Below are positions 36,995 through 46,660 of a stretch of DNA of 64,000 bases, piece after piece. The stretch's first letter is position 1, and each line of letters starts with the position of its first letter. Below the pieces are notes generated by a model. The model did not search any database. It saw only the letters and a list, made by a program, of their open reading frames with translations, and was not told the DNA's origin. This DNA comes from Candidatus Bathyarchaeota archaeon. GTDB lineage: Archaea; Thermoproteota; Bathyarchaeia; Bathyarchaeales; Bathycorpusculaceae. The position numbers and the translations under genes are program-made. The stretch is taken from contig CAWEPZ010000011.1 of the NCBI GenBank assembly GCA_963811105.1, positions 800,001 through 864,000 of the forward strand, read 5' to 3'.

Positions 36995-38314
36995 TTGATC
37001 TCTGATATATCTGAACGTTGTGTGTCAAATTTGGTTTCTGAGAAAGTAATCCATTTTCAAGCATGCCAGATAGCAACCTCTAATTCTGTAAAGCAGCACA
37101 AACTTAGGAAACTCATAGCGTGGCTATCAGAAAAAGAGGGAAGAGGAATGGAGTTCATATCATTGTATATTCCTAGGGAGAAATCGATAGATGAGGTAGT
37201 TGCAATCCTCAAAGAGGCGTCTGATTATAATGTCTCCAAATCTGACGGCGTTGGGAATCGCCTTCAAGAGGCTCTTAGGAATGTAATCCAGCGGATAAAG
37301 CTTCGGAAAGAAATTCCTGAGAATGGTCTAGCGATATTTGCTGGAGCTTTCCTCGGGAACAATTCGGAAAGCGAGGTTTTGAATGTTGAAGAGCTCGTCC
37401 CGCCTGAGCCAATTACCACCTATCTTTACGAGGTTGACAAGCATTTCCGATTAGAGCCCCTAAGAGAGATGCTTAGAGACCAAAAAGTTGTGGGACTTAT
37501 TGCCATGGATTCAAAAGAGGCTAGCTTTGGGGTGCTTAATGGTGAACGCTTTGAAATGATAGAAAATATTACTTCAGGCGTTCATGGAAAGTCTGGAAAA
37601 GGAGGATCGAGCCAAAGGAGATACGAAAGAGAACGGGACATGGCGCTCACTAACTATTTCCATAGAGTTGCGGATCATGCGAAAAAGGCATTTCTCGAAA
37701 GCTGTCAAGTTGCGGTATTGATAGTTGGTGGACCCAGCCTGACTAAAGATGATTTCTTGAAGGGTGATTTCCTTCATTATGAGCTAAAGAATATGCTTCT
37801 GGGCAGATTTGATACTCAATCAACGGGCCGAGAAGGTGTACGAGAGTTGCTTGGCAAATCATCTGAGGCAGTGAAAAATATGTGTGTGCCAGAGCAAAAA
37901 AGGACTGTGCAGCGTCTTTTGGCAGATATTGGTAAGCAAGGGGGTTTGGCTATTTATGGGCTTGATCCGGTGTTGAACGCACTTAAGAATAGTGAAGTGG
38001 AAGTTGCACTGGTGACGGATAGTACAGATATTGTTGAAGTTGTTGCAATATGCAAAAAGTGCAATCTAGCAAAGATGAAGATAGTAAGTAAGGATAGGAA
38101 GGTTCAGACAGTTCAGGACATGATATCGATTTCATGCGAGAGGTGCGGCGCGGTTGAATACTTTGTCGATGAGAAGGACATAATAGATGTTTTGGAGGAT
38201 ATGGCTTCACGCACAAACGCGGTAGTCGAGGTGATTTCTCCAGAGTCAGAGGAAAAAGCAAAGCTTAGTGCTTTGGGAGGCTTTACCGCTCTCTTGAGAT
38301 ATAGACATGGATAA
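36995..38314 (+). CDS. Divergent peptide chain release factor 1 (aRF1) paralog
   Basis: Three-domain eRF1 layout (FISLYIP, PENGLAIFAG, PPEPI..YLY, VGGPSLTKDDF, YGLDPVLNAL, GGFTALLRY) and a CxxC..CxxC minidomain. The catalytic loop reads GKSGKGGSSQRRYER. Confidence 0.9.
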   Translation: MISDISERCVSNLVSEKVIHFQACQIATSNSVKQHKLRKLIAWLSEKEGRGMEFISLYIPREKSIDEVVAILKEASDYNVSKSDGVGNRLQEALRNVIQRIKLRKEIPENGLAIFAGAFLGNNSESEVLNVEELVPPEPITTYLYEVDKHFRLEPLREMLRDQKVVGLIAMDSKEASFGVLNGERFEMIENITSGVHGKSGKGGSSQRRYERERDMALTNYFHRVADHAKKAFLESCQVAVLIVGGPSLTKDDFLKGDFLHYELKNMLLGRFDTQSTGREGVRELLGKSSEAVKNMCVPEQKRTVQRLLADIGKQGGLAIYGLDPVLNALKNSEVEVALVTDSTDIVEVVAICKKCNLAKMKIVSKDRKVQTVQDMISISCERCGAVEYFVDEKDIIDVLEDMASRTNAVVEVISPESEEKAKLSALGGFTALLRYRHG

Positions 38315-38527
38315 AATGAATACTGATTTTTTTTCTTCTTAATCGTTTTTTATTGCTGAGATCTTCGTGCTTTGTTTTTATGGTATGTTGTTGTCGGATT
38401 TAGGCGAAATTTTTTTCAGTTTGTTTTGGGGAGTATTTTCCTAATTTAGAACTTGCGATTTTTGCACGTTGCGTGAATAAGTGTAAAGAAGAGAAATAAA
38501 GATTAAAAAAGTCTCAAACCATGAAAA

Positions 38528-39079
38528 TTAGGCTTCTTTAAGATTTACGTTTATGTTTCTTATTAGCCGTTCCAAAACTTCAGTACTCATCCATTCCGTT
38601 TTAAGATATCGACGAATTTTTGCGTCACTTAACCCAATACGCTTGGCTTCCAGCACAGCGTAACGGTATGCTTCGATTTCTGTTGGTCTATCGATGTATT
38701 CGTAATTTGAGTCAAAAAGGTCTCGGCCTTCCATGTGCTGTTTCACATGGCAGAGTTCATGAATGATATCAAGATAAATGTCTTCTTTACTTCCGCTGTT
38801 TAAGTAACGTTTGTTCACGATCAAGTGCCCATCATTGTCGCTAACACCCATATAACCGAACCATATGAAATCCACCTTCAGGTTCTTGAGAACTTTTTCA
38901 GTTTCTTCCCCGAATATTCCGCGAACAGCAAGATTTTTCTCGAAGCCGGTGAAGTACTCCACAAATGCATGCGTCTCCGCGACCAAATGGATTATCCCCG
39001 TCAGGTGAAGGTTGCCAAATAAGCGGAAAATTCGCCCTGCAACATACTCTATTCCGCTCCTAGCAGTCACAGCACACAA
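38528..39079 (-). CDS. HExxH zincin-like hypothetical protein
   Basis: DIIHELCHVKQ plus downstream PTEIEAY. Start uncertain. Confidence 0.7.
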   Translation of the reverse strand: MCAVTARSGIEYVAGRIFRLFGNLHLTGIIHLVAETHAFVEYFTGFEKNLAVRGIFGEETEKVLKNLKVDFIWFGYMGVSDNDGHLIVNKRYLNSGSKEDIYLDIIHELCHVKQHMEGRDLFDSNYEYIDRPTEIEAYRYAVLEAKRIGLSDAKIRRYLKTEWMSTEVLERLIRNINVNLKEA

Positions 39080-39337
39080 CTACCTAAACTTTGATAAATA
39101 CTCAAATCACATACCCATTCAAGCTTTTGTGCCAACCAATTCTTGTATTACGAAGGCGTTAAGTTAAAATGCTTTCTCCGAATCGAAGACATGAAACGCA
39201 GAATATTTGACTTAAAGAGAACGCTGGATCAAATGAGGGATGAGGATGTTTGAAAGACGCTTGCATTTAGTCTTTGCGATGTGCTTTGACTATCCTCTGA
39301 TGAAATAAAACTTCTTCAAATTTCTGTTTTAGAAAAA

Positions 39338-41500
39338 TTAGAGTTTTAAGTTTTCGTTTCTTGTTTCAGCAGTCAAGTACTGTTTTAAACATAGGCTGTA
39401 GTCGCTACATTTGCCTGATTCCGAACAATCAAATAATCCGACGCACTCATGATGTGATTTCTCCTCCGGAGTACGATTTGACTTCAATAATTCATGTTTA
39501 ATTTCTGAAATAGGCTTAATTGGCAAAGTGACTGTGAATGTTGTGCCTTTTTCTTTTATTGTTTCAACGGTAATTGTTCCTGCGTGAGCGTCGATTATGC
39601 GTTTGCTGATTGCTAAGCCGAAGCCCATCCCCTGAGCTTTGGTAGTGACTATTGGAGAGAAGATTTTTGGCAATATTTCCTCAGCAATCCCCTCGCCGTT
39701 GTCTGTGAATGAGATTTCCAAATTGCCTTTTGTGTCCTTGCAGTTAATTGTTATTGTACCTTCGTTTGGAATTGCATCAATTCCGTTTCTGATTAGGTTG
39801 ATGAACACCCGAGTAATTCTGTTTGAATCAACTTTTATGCGGGGTTCTTCTGGAACATTGTTTAAAATTTTGATGTTTTTGGGAACGTTAGCCAAATCTA
39901 AAGCGTCCATTACGAGAGTTCGGGGTGAATTTTCTTGAAGTTCCAGGTGAATTTCTCTAGAGTAGTCTGTGAGATCGTTGATGATTTTGTTGGAGTGGTC
40001 AACGCATTTGTCGATTGTTTCAAGCGTTTCTTTAGATTTTGATTTGGAAATTGCTTCGCCGTTTTCTTTCAAGAAATGACTAGCTTTCTTGATAGCGTTC
40101 AATGGGCTTCGAAGATCATGCCCGATCATTCCTGCTAAATCCCCAATTGCTGCCAATCTTTCGGATTTGACAAGTTGTTGTTGAGTTTTCTTAAGCTCTT
40201 TAGTTCGGGTCTCAATTAGTTCCTCTAAATGCTTTGAATACTGCTCCAGCTTGTTTTCCATTTGCTTGCGATCAGTAATGTCCATGACGATTCCTCTTAT
40301 GCCCTTCACTTTAGTGTCAGAAATGATAGGGTTGGTTCTAACAAGCGCCGGAAAAGTGGAACCGTCTTTTCTCAAAAGCGTATATTCGTTAGTGCCAAGG
40401 TTTTTGCCAGTCATCGACTTCGTAATGTTCTCTTTTGCATTTTCGCGTTCCTCTGGAACAACGAAAGACAGCACGTTCATGCCTTTTTCTAGTTCTTCCG
40501 GTGTAAAGCCTGTTATTTCAAAAGCTATCTGATTAAAAAAAGAAATTCTCCCACTTATATCAGCCTCAAAAACTAACTCTGGCAAAAAATTAGCTAGTTC
40601 TCGATGTCTCTGTTCGCTTTTTATTAAGATTTCTTCGGCTTTCTTGTGTTCGTCAATGTCTAGAAACATGGCTTGCACAGCGGGATGACCATCATATTCG
40701 ATTAGGGTTGAAAACGCGTCAAGCCAAATTATGGAACCGTCTTTTCGCACTCCTCTAAACTCGTAGCTGTTGTTCGCTTCATTGCCTTCCAACCGGTTTC
40801 TAAAACGATTAAAGAAAACTGCCCTATCCTCTTGATGAATCAATTCGCCTATTTCCGAGGATGAAATAGAGGTTAACTCTTCGGGAAAGTAACCTAGCAT
40901 TTTTCCCATTGACGCATTGGCAAAAACTATGCGGAGTGGAGTATCTTGAGCAATCATTATACCTTGGAGCGATTTCTCAATAAGCATGCGATATTTGGAA
41001 TCTGATGCGGCAAGTTTCCGTGCTGATTTTTTTTGCTCCACAGTTTTGTTTATGGCATGTGCCAATTCGTAGTAGACTATCTCAGGTGAACCGCTTTTGT
41101 TGATGTAACTGTCAGCGCCTAAATTCAAGGCTTTAACTGCGATGTCTTCCCTGCCTTCGCCTATAAACAGGATAAATGGAATTTTAATGTTTTTTTCTCT
41201 GAGTTCTTTAAGAAACTCTAATCCGTTTTTCTGGGGCATTACATAATCAGAAACTATCGCATCGTAACTCCGTGTTTCTATTTTTTTTAAAGCCTCGTCA
41301 ACAGAGGTTGCATTGTCGATCTCGAACTTGTTTTCTTTTTCAAGAATCATTTTCGAAACAGATAGGATTGAAGCGTCATCGTCGACATGCAAAATAAGCA
41401 AAGATTCTTCTTTAACAAAATAGTCCGTGCTGAACACTGGTATTAAGGTTGTCTCGGAAGCTTGAAGCCCGGCTGTAGTTGGCTCCTCGGCTTTGTTCAT
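39338..41500 (-). CDS. Receiver-PAS-PAS-histidine kinase with a Cys/His-rich tail
   Basis: HVDDD and SDYVMP receiver, two PAS/PAC domains (RKDGS), GHDLRSPL H-box, NLIRNGIDA, DNGEGI, GMGFGL. Confidence 0.93.
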   Translation of the reverse strand: MNKAEEPTTAGLQASETTLIPVFSTDYFVKEESLLILHVDDDASILSVSKMILEKENKFEIDNATSVDEALKKIETRSYDAIVSDYVMPQKNGLEFLKELREKNIKIPFILFIGEGREDIAVKALNLGADSYINKSGSPEIVYYELAHAINKTVEQKKSARKLAASDSKYRMLIEKSLQGIMIAQDTPLRIVFANASMGKMLGYFPEELTSISSSEIGELIHQEDRAVFFNRFRNRLEGNEANNSYEFRGVRKDGSIIWLDAFSTLIEYDGHPAVQAMFLDIDEHKKAEEILIKSEQRHRELANFLPELVFEADISGRISFFNQIAFEITGFTPEELEKGMNVLSFVVPEERENAKENITKSMTGKNLGTNEYTLLRKDGSTFPALVRTNPIISDTKVKGIRGIVMDITDRKQMENKLEQYSKHLEELIETRTKELKKTQQQLVKSERLAAIGDLAGMIGHDLRSPLNAIKKASHFLKENGEAISKSKSKETLETIDKCVDHSNKIINDLTDYSREIHLELQENSPRTLVMDALDLANVPKNIKILNNVPEEPRIKVDSNRITRVFINLIRNGIDAIPNEGTITINCKDTKGNLEISFTDNGEGIAEEILPKIFSPIVTTKAQGMGFGLAISKRIIDAHAGTITVETIKEKGTTFTVTLPIKPISEIKHELLKSNRTPEEKSHHECVGLFDCSESGKCSDYSLCLKQYLTAETRNENLKL

Positions 41501-41884
41501 GTTGCTTTCCTTGTTCCGAAAGTGCTCAAAATGTTTATAATGTTTATGAACTTTAGATATTTAGATTAGGTTTTCAATAAAAAAATAAGTTGTGTTGTTT
41601 TTTTCAGTTTGTTTTGGGGTATTTTTTTGATTTAGGGTTTGAAATGTTTACAGGTTGCGTGTTTTTGCGTTTTTCTGAGTTGAATATTGGCTTCCTGTGT
41701 CCTTCTGCGTTTATCTGTGCTGCTCTAAGCGTTGAAGTAATTGATAATGAAAGGAGTGACTATATTGGTAGTTATAGTTTTTCAAACATTGTTTCTTGCG
41801 TGAATTAAGTTTTCGCGCGCTTATTCGCGTATTGCATAAAGCTTTTATTAGTCATTTTTAGCATAGAGTCGTCAGGTCATTAAA

Positions 41885-41968
41885 ATGGTAAAAACTCTTT
41901 TGGGTTTCGAGGAAGAAGAAGAGGACTGCGAAGACTGCGATTGTGACGACTGCGAAGATGAAGAATAA
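41885..41968 (+). CDS. 27-aa acidic, Cys-rich micropeptide
   Basis: MVKTLLGFEEEEEDCEDCDCDDCEDEE*, with a TATA-like TTTTATTA ~40 bp upstream. Confidence 0.5.
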   Translation: MVKTLLGFEEEEEDCEDCDCDDCEDEE

Positions 41969-42039
41969 CTCAATGCCTTAACATTCTTTTTTTCTAATTG
42001 CTTCAGGGGAGGTCTATGCCCTTTGTTTATGCAGTGAGA

Positions 42040-42276
42040 TCCTACTTTGGGGATTGATGTTCTGAGAGCGAGGGCGTAAACTTGTTTTAGGACTCTTGCC
42101 TGTTCAGTGCTTAAAATTTCGCAGTGCGTTTCCGTTGTATCAAAGTCTTCTCTTGAAGCCCCGTTAACTGTTCCTTGAAGGTTTTCTCCTAAACAAACAG
42201 AATAATCAGATAGTTTCAGTTGAACCGTAGTTTGAGGGGCTGCAAGTTTGTTCGTGAATTTTTTAAAGAACCCCAT
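42040..42276 (-). pseudogene. Truncated SpoOM/arrestin-like protein N-terminus
   Basis: MGFFKKFTNKLAAPQTTVQLKLSDYSVCLGENLQGTV...EDFDTTETHCEI; the sequence degenerates after ~SIPK. 3' boundary approximate. Confidence 0.45.
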
Positions 42277-42354
42277 TGTCACACATGCTGTTTTCTCATT
42301 GATAGTCAATCTGTTCTCTTTTAAGATTTATGAATCATTTTAAATTGTGCAAAA

Positions 42355-42940
42355 TTATTGTTGTGAAGTTTTTTGAATTTGATTATATCGAAAACACATA
42401 ATTAAATGGTCATTTACTAAACCAGCGGCTTGCATGAAAGCGTAGCATATAGTAGGACCAACAAAGCGGAAGCCCCGCTTTTTCAAGTCCTTGCTCATAG
42501 CTTTTGACTCATTAGATTCTGCAGGCAAATCTGCTAACCGGGTAAAAGAATTTTGGATTGGTTGTCCATGGGTAAACTGCCATATATAAGTGTCAAAGCT
42601 ATCGAATTCTTTTTGAACTTTCAGCATGCAACATGCGTTGTTGATTGTTGCCAAAATCTTGGATCTGTTTCTTACAATGGTCGCTGTCGTTAACTAATCG
42701 CTCTACGTCTTCATCGGTATATTTTGCGATTTTCTCCGGATCGAAGTTGTCAAAAGCTTTTCTGAAAGCATCTCTTTTTTTTAGTATTATTAACCAAGAG
42801 AGACCTGCTTGAAAAGCATCCAAAACAAAAAACTCAAATAACTTATTATCTTCGTGAAGGGGAACGCCCCACTCTTCATCATGATACTTTACATAAAGTG
42901 GATTATCAGTATTCCAACATCTCTGCAATTCATTGCCCAT
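42355..42940 (-). pseudogene. tag: DNA-3-methyladenine glycosylase I, frameshifted
   Basis: RC.W..DNPLYVKYHDEEWG...FQAGLSWLIILKKR in the 5' ORF; IVRNRSKILATINNA...GFRFVGPTICYAFMQAAGLVNDH.. C in the next frame. One extra base near 42680-42688. Confidence 0.9.
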
Positions 42941-43040
42941 TGACCAAACACCTTTCTGTTTGACTTGCTTAGTTTCTAAAGATGCTCTTGTTGTTTTAGG
43001 TTGCTTTTTAGTCTTAGGGTTTGTTTAGTTTGCAGGTTGC

Positions 43041-43070
43041 GACATTTTTAGACATTTTTAGACATTTTTA
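43041..43070. repeat. Perfect tandem repeat (GACATTTTTA)x3
   Basis: Seen directly, ~100 bp upstream of tag. Confidence 0.9.
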
Positions 43071-43237
43071 AATAAAAATCGACAATATTAAACAAAATTG
43101 GACAATCCCACAATCAAAGAGAAAGTCGCGCTTCAAAAAATTAGAATTCTGAAAATATGTCTTTCTGACATGAAATACTCAAGTTTTTGTCCGTTTTTTT
43201 GTAATAAAAAAGAGAGAAATTGGTTTTCTCTGAATGC

Positions 43238-44065
43238 TTAGTGTTTTTTGTAGAGTACTATGCCGACTATGGCTATTGCAATGATAATTGCGATCACTCC
43301 GCCGATTATCAAGGACATCATGGAATTGGTTATTGCATCTACGGTGATTGGCACGGTTGTCGCTGTTGGTGATGTTGTTGAAGCTGTAGTTACGGCAACG
43401 TAGGTTGAGGCCCACGAGCTGCCATATGAATTGTCGCCTGCGAAGGTGGCTGTGACTTCGTATTGTCCTGTCGTAGTAGGAGTCCAAGTGTAGCCATAAG
43501 CGCCGCTTGCATCACTTGTGACAGTTGCAATGTGCTGGTAGTTGCCGTTAGGATCAAGAGTGTCAAAGGACACTGGAACACCAATAACGGTAATGTTATG
43601 ACCAACTCCGTCAATTGGGAGACCCATGTGCAAGTATTCCATGTACGTGGGCATTGATTGTGCTGAAACGCATGCTTTGCCTTGTTCCGCTGGAGACTGA
43701 TCCAAAACAGTGCCTGTCAAGACAAGGCTTTGTCCTGAACTTATAGCTATTTGTGGACCTGAAATTGTTGTGGAGCTTAGACCTCTACCGAAGACATACA
43801 TGTATCCGTCGTACATGTTGCCTGCCGTTAGGTATCCGTCAGCGACTTCGCCTGGAGCCATATCTCCTGTTATATTCCAGATGCCTTGCCCTGTAGTGGC
43901 GTTGATGGCGTAGAGTTTCTATCCTCTGGTTGCAGGTTGGCTTGGTGTTTGTTAGGTGTTGTATGTGAAGATGATTCCGTCAGCAATGCGGGTTGTGCCG
44001 GTGAACCATGGATAATTGTCTTGGTAAGGAGTTTCAAATGCAGATGGCGCTTTTGCCTGGAATCT
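43238..44065 (-). pseudogene. Paralog 7 of the large surface family: C-terminal third only, two nonsense mutations
   Basis: RFQAKAPSAFETPYQDNYPWFTGTTRIADGIIFTYNT*QTPSQPATRG*KLYAINATTG continues in frame with the 207-aa ORF. The stops at 43952-54 (TAA for E) and 43919-21 (TAG for W) fall in conserved motifs. Confidence 0.9.
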
Positions 44066-44073
44066 GACAAAAT
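44062..44073 (+). repeat. 12-bp direct repeat ATCTGACAAAAT (second copy at 46833-46844)
   Basis: Identical copies flank paralog 8 together with its promoter and terminator. Confidence 0.6.
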
Positions 44074-44143
44074 TTCTTTTGCTGCAAATCACGTGCTAAA
44101 ACTAAAAAAAGAAAAAGGAAAGTTGTTTTTAGTTGTGCTGTTT

Positions 44144-46660
44144 TTATGCGTGTTTTCTGAGCAGTAGTATACCGACTATTGCGACTGCAATTATAATTGC
44201 AATTACTCCTGCCAAAACTGTTGTTACTACTGTATTGTTGACTGCGTCAAAAGTTACTGGTGACAATGTTGCTGTTGGAGATGTCCCTAGCGCATTGATA
44301 ACATTTGCGTATGTTTGTGCCCATGAGCTGCCGTAAGAGTTTGTGCCTGCGAATGTTGCTGTAATCTTGTAGTCGCCTGCAATTGTTGGAGCCCAAGTGT
44401 AACCGAATGTTCCGCTGACGTCGCTTGTGACTGTTGCAATGTGTATTGCGTTGCCGTTTGGATCAAGTGCATCAATGGATACTGGAACACCTGTCACTGT
44501 AACGTTATGCCATGGTCCGTCAATAGGCTGTTGCATATGCAAGTATTCCATGTATGTGTTCACTGTGTCGTCAGAAACGCATGCTTTGCCTGGCTGGGCT
44601 GGGGATTGGTCTAAGACTGTACCAGATATGATCGCGTTTGTTCCTATGGTAACACTAGTTTGTGGCGCTGAAACTGTTGTTGCGCTCTGGCCTTTGCCGA
44701 AAACATACATGAAGCCATCGTAAGAGTTGCTTGCGGTGAGATATCCATCAGATACTGCACCTTCGGTGAATGCTCCAGTTATGTTCCATACGCCTTTACC
44801 ATTTGTACAGTTTATGGCGCTTAGCTTCCATCCTCTAGCGATTGGTTGAGTTGGTGAGTGCTCAGAGTTTCCAACATACAGGATTCCGTTAGCAATAACT
44901 CCACCGCCATCGAAAGCCATGTCAGGATACCAAGGAGATTCGAAAGGTGCGCATGGTGATTCATATCGCCAGACTATCTTTCCAGTGTTCCAGTCAAACG
45001 CGTAGACACCTGCATAGCTAAATCTGTAGACATTGCCGTAGGCTGAAGCTACTGCGTAAGCACCGCCAAAGCCCCATGGATACGCCATCTTATCGCTTAC
45101 CCATGCTTGTTGTCCAGTTGTTAAGTCCCAGGCAACAAGTATACCGGATGTGTCATCTCGATCAGCGAAACAGTATTTACCATGATCTGCAACTGCTGTG
45201 CTTCCACTATAGTTTACATGGTCTGTTGTTACGTTCCACAGCACCTGTCCAGTTATCAAGCTAACACCTATCAAACGTGTTCCCATTTGAACTACTGTAG
45301 CATTAGCAGCGGCATTAGGTACGGCTTGAGCGGTAACAGATACACCTGCGTTGAAGTCACAGGTGCCTAAACTGGTGAACGGGAATGTAACGTTGCTGAT
45401 TATTCTTGCAGTGAAGTTATCGTTTGTTCCGACTACTGTCATTCCACCGTTTTTAACTTGGTCTTCGCATGTCCAGTTAATTAAACGGTTGCCAATTGCG
45501 GTGTTATTTGTCTGTATGCTTAAGACGTAGGGATCATTATAGTAGGTTCCTGTCATGCCTGTAACGTTATATATAACTGCGCCTGTAAATGGATCAATCC
45601 AGATTAGCCTCGCACCTATTGACAAAAGTCTGACACCTGGTTGCAAGTCAGCGGTATCGCCAACAACGTCAGGAAGGCCTGCAACGCCGTATGAAATAGC
45701 TGTAGGTGTGATACCACCCTGTGCAACTGGAATTTGGTAGTAAACATGTCCTGTTTGTAGGTCGTAGCATTCGGCACAGCTGCCAATTCCTGGCACTGTA
45801 ACGGTTTGGTAACATCTTCCATCATAGATCAAGCCTGGCGTACCGCTACCGGTCGTGAGGTCACCTTGTCCATTGGCTACTTTTTGGTCATCTCCTCCGA
45901 GAGCACCTGCAATTGAACCCTGTATTGTCCACAATATGTGTGCGCTGGTAGGTCCGACTGTGTATGGGCCCGCATATTCATAGTTATTCCCATATGGGTT
46001 TGGATAGTTGCCTAAGATTGGCCACCAGTCTCGGTTCAGTGTTGTTACGGGTCTTGTCCAGTAGTCCGTTGGAAGAGGCGTTCCTGGATAAGACCTGACT
46101 TGGTCTTGTTGTACAACGAATGTCATTGTTTGACTAACGCCTGGTGCATAGTAGCATGAAAGAGGTGCATTAAACACTTGACCGAACGAGGAATAGCCTA
46201 CGAGTTGACCTGAACTGTAGTTTCCAGCTGGATAATAGTTTCCAGGGAAATTAAACACAGCGCTCCAGTTGCCCGCTTGGTCTGGTATATAATAAGTATA
46301 TGCAGTTGCGTCTCCCTGATAAGAGTTGAATGGACCTAAGGTGTCTTTTGTTCCGTCTGGTTTAGTGAGGGTTACTGTGTATCCTGTTAGGAATCGTGCG
46401 TTTGTAACTGGTGGGTTCATCCACATGTTGATTAGCAATTGCTGGTTAACACCAATGGGGTTAGGGCTGATAGCGAGACCAAGGCTTGATTTAACTGTGA
46501 CATCAGGGGTAATACCTGCAGGAAGCGGTATGCCGTATGGGTTTTGTATGTTTGTGTAAGTAGCAGCGTTAGCAGTTGGCATTGTTATCAGTACTATCGA
46601 TGTAAAAAATAGAGCTATAATTGCTGCGGATTTTAGTTGGGTTAGGATTTTTTTATTCAT
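44144..46660 (-). CDS. Large secreted Ig/beta-propeller surface protein, paralog 8
   Basis: 838 aa. GAGGAG RBS, signal peptide, family blocks, TM plus RKHA, T-tract terminator at 44104-44121. Confidence 0.95.
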   Translation of the reverse strand: MNKKILTQLKSAAIIALFFTSIVLITMPTANAATYTNIQNPYGIPLPAGITPDVTVKSSLGLAISPNPIGVNQQLLINMWMNPPVTNARFLTGYTVTLTKPDGTKDTLGPFNSYQGDATAYTYYIPDQAGNWSAVFNFPGNYYPAGNYSSGQLVGYSSFGQVFNAPLSCYYAPGVSQTMTFVVQQDQVRSYPGTPLPTDYWTRPVTTLNRDWWPILGNYPNPYGNNYEYAGPYTVGPTSAHILWTIQGSIAGALGGDDQKVANGQGDLTTGSGTPGLIYDGRCYQTVTVPGIGSCAECYDLQTGHVYYQIPVAQGGITPTAISYGVAGLPDVVGDTADLQPGVRLLSIGARLIWIDPFTGAVIYNVTGMTGTYYNDPYVLSIQTNNTAIGNRLINWTCEDQVKNGGMTVVGTNDNFTARIISNVTFPFTSLGTCDFNAGVSVTAQAVPNAAANATVVQMGTRLIGVSLITGQVLWNVTTDHVNYSGSTAVADHGKYCFADRDDTSGILVAWDLTTGQQAWVSDKMAYPWGFGGAYAVASAYGNVYRFSYAGVYAFDWNTGKIVWRYESPCAPFESPWYPDMAFDGGGVIANGILYVGNSEHSPTQPIARGWKLSAINCTNGKGVWNITGAFTEGAVSDGYLTASNSYDGFMYVFGKGQSATTVSAPQTSVTIGTNAIISGTVLDQSPAQPGKACVSDDTVNTYMEYLHMQQPIDGPWHNVTVTGVPVSIDALDPNGNAIHIATVTSDVSGTFGYTWAPTIAGDYKITATFAGTNSYGSSWAQTYANVINALGTSPTATLSPVTFDAVNNTVVTTVLAGVIAIIIAVAIVGILLLRKHA

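Noticed and set aside
41872-42040. Ser-rich C-terminus of the 145-aa minus-strand ORF
   Set aside because: It is the antisense reading of the acidic micropeptide at 41885-41968, reached by read-through from a truncated gene.
43041-43070. CRISPR array
   Set aside because: 10-bp head-to-tail repeat with no spacers, and no cas genes.
43919-43954. Stop-codon read-through (pyrrolysine or recoding) in paralog 7
   Set aside because: One stop is TAA and one TAG, each a single change from the conserved Glu or Trp codon, in a gene also lacking its 5' two-thirds. Other genes end normally at TAG and TAA.
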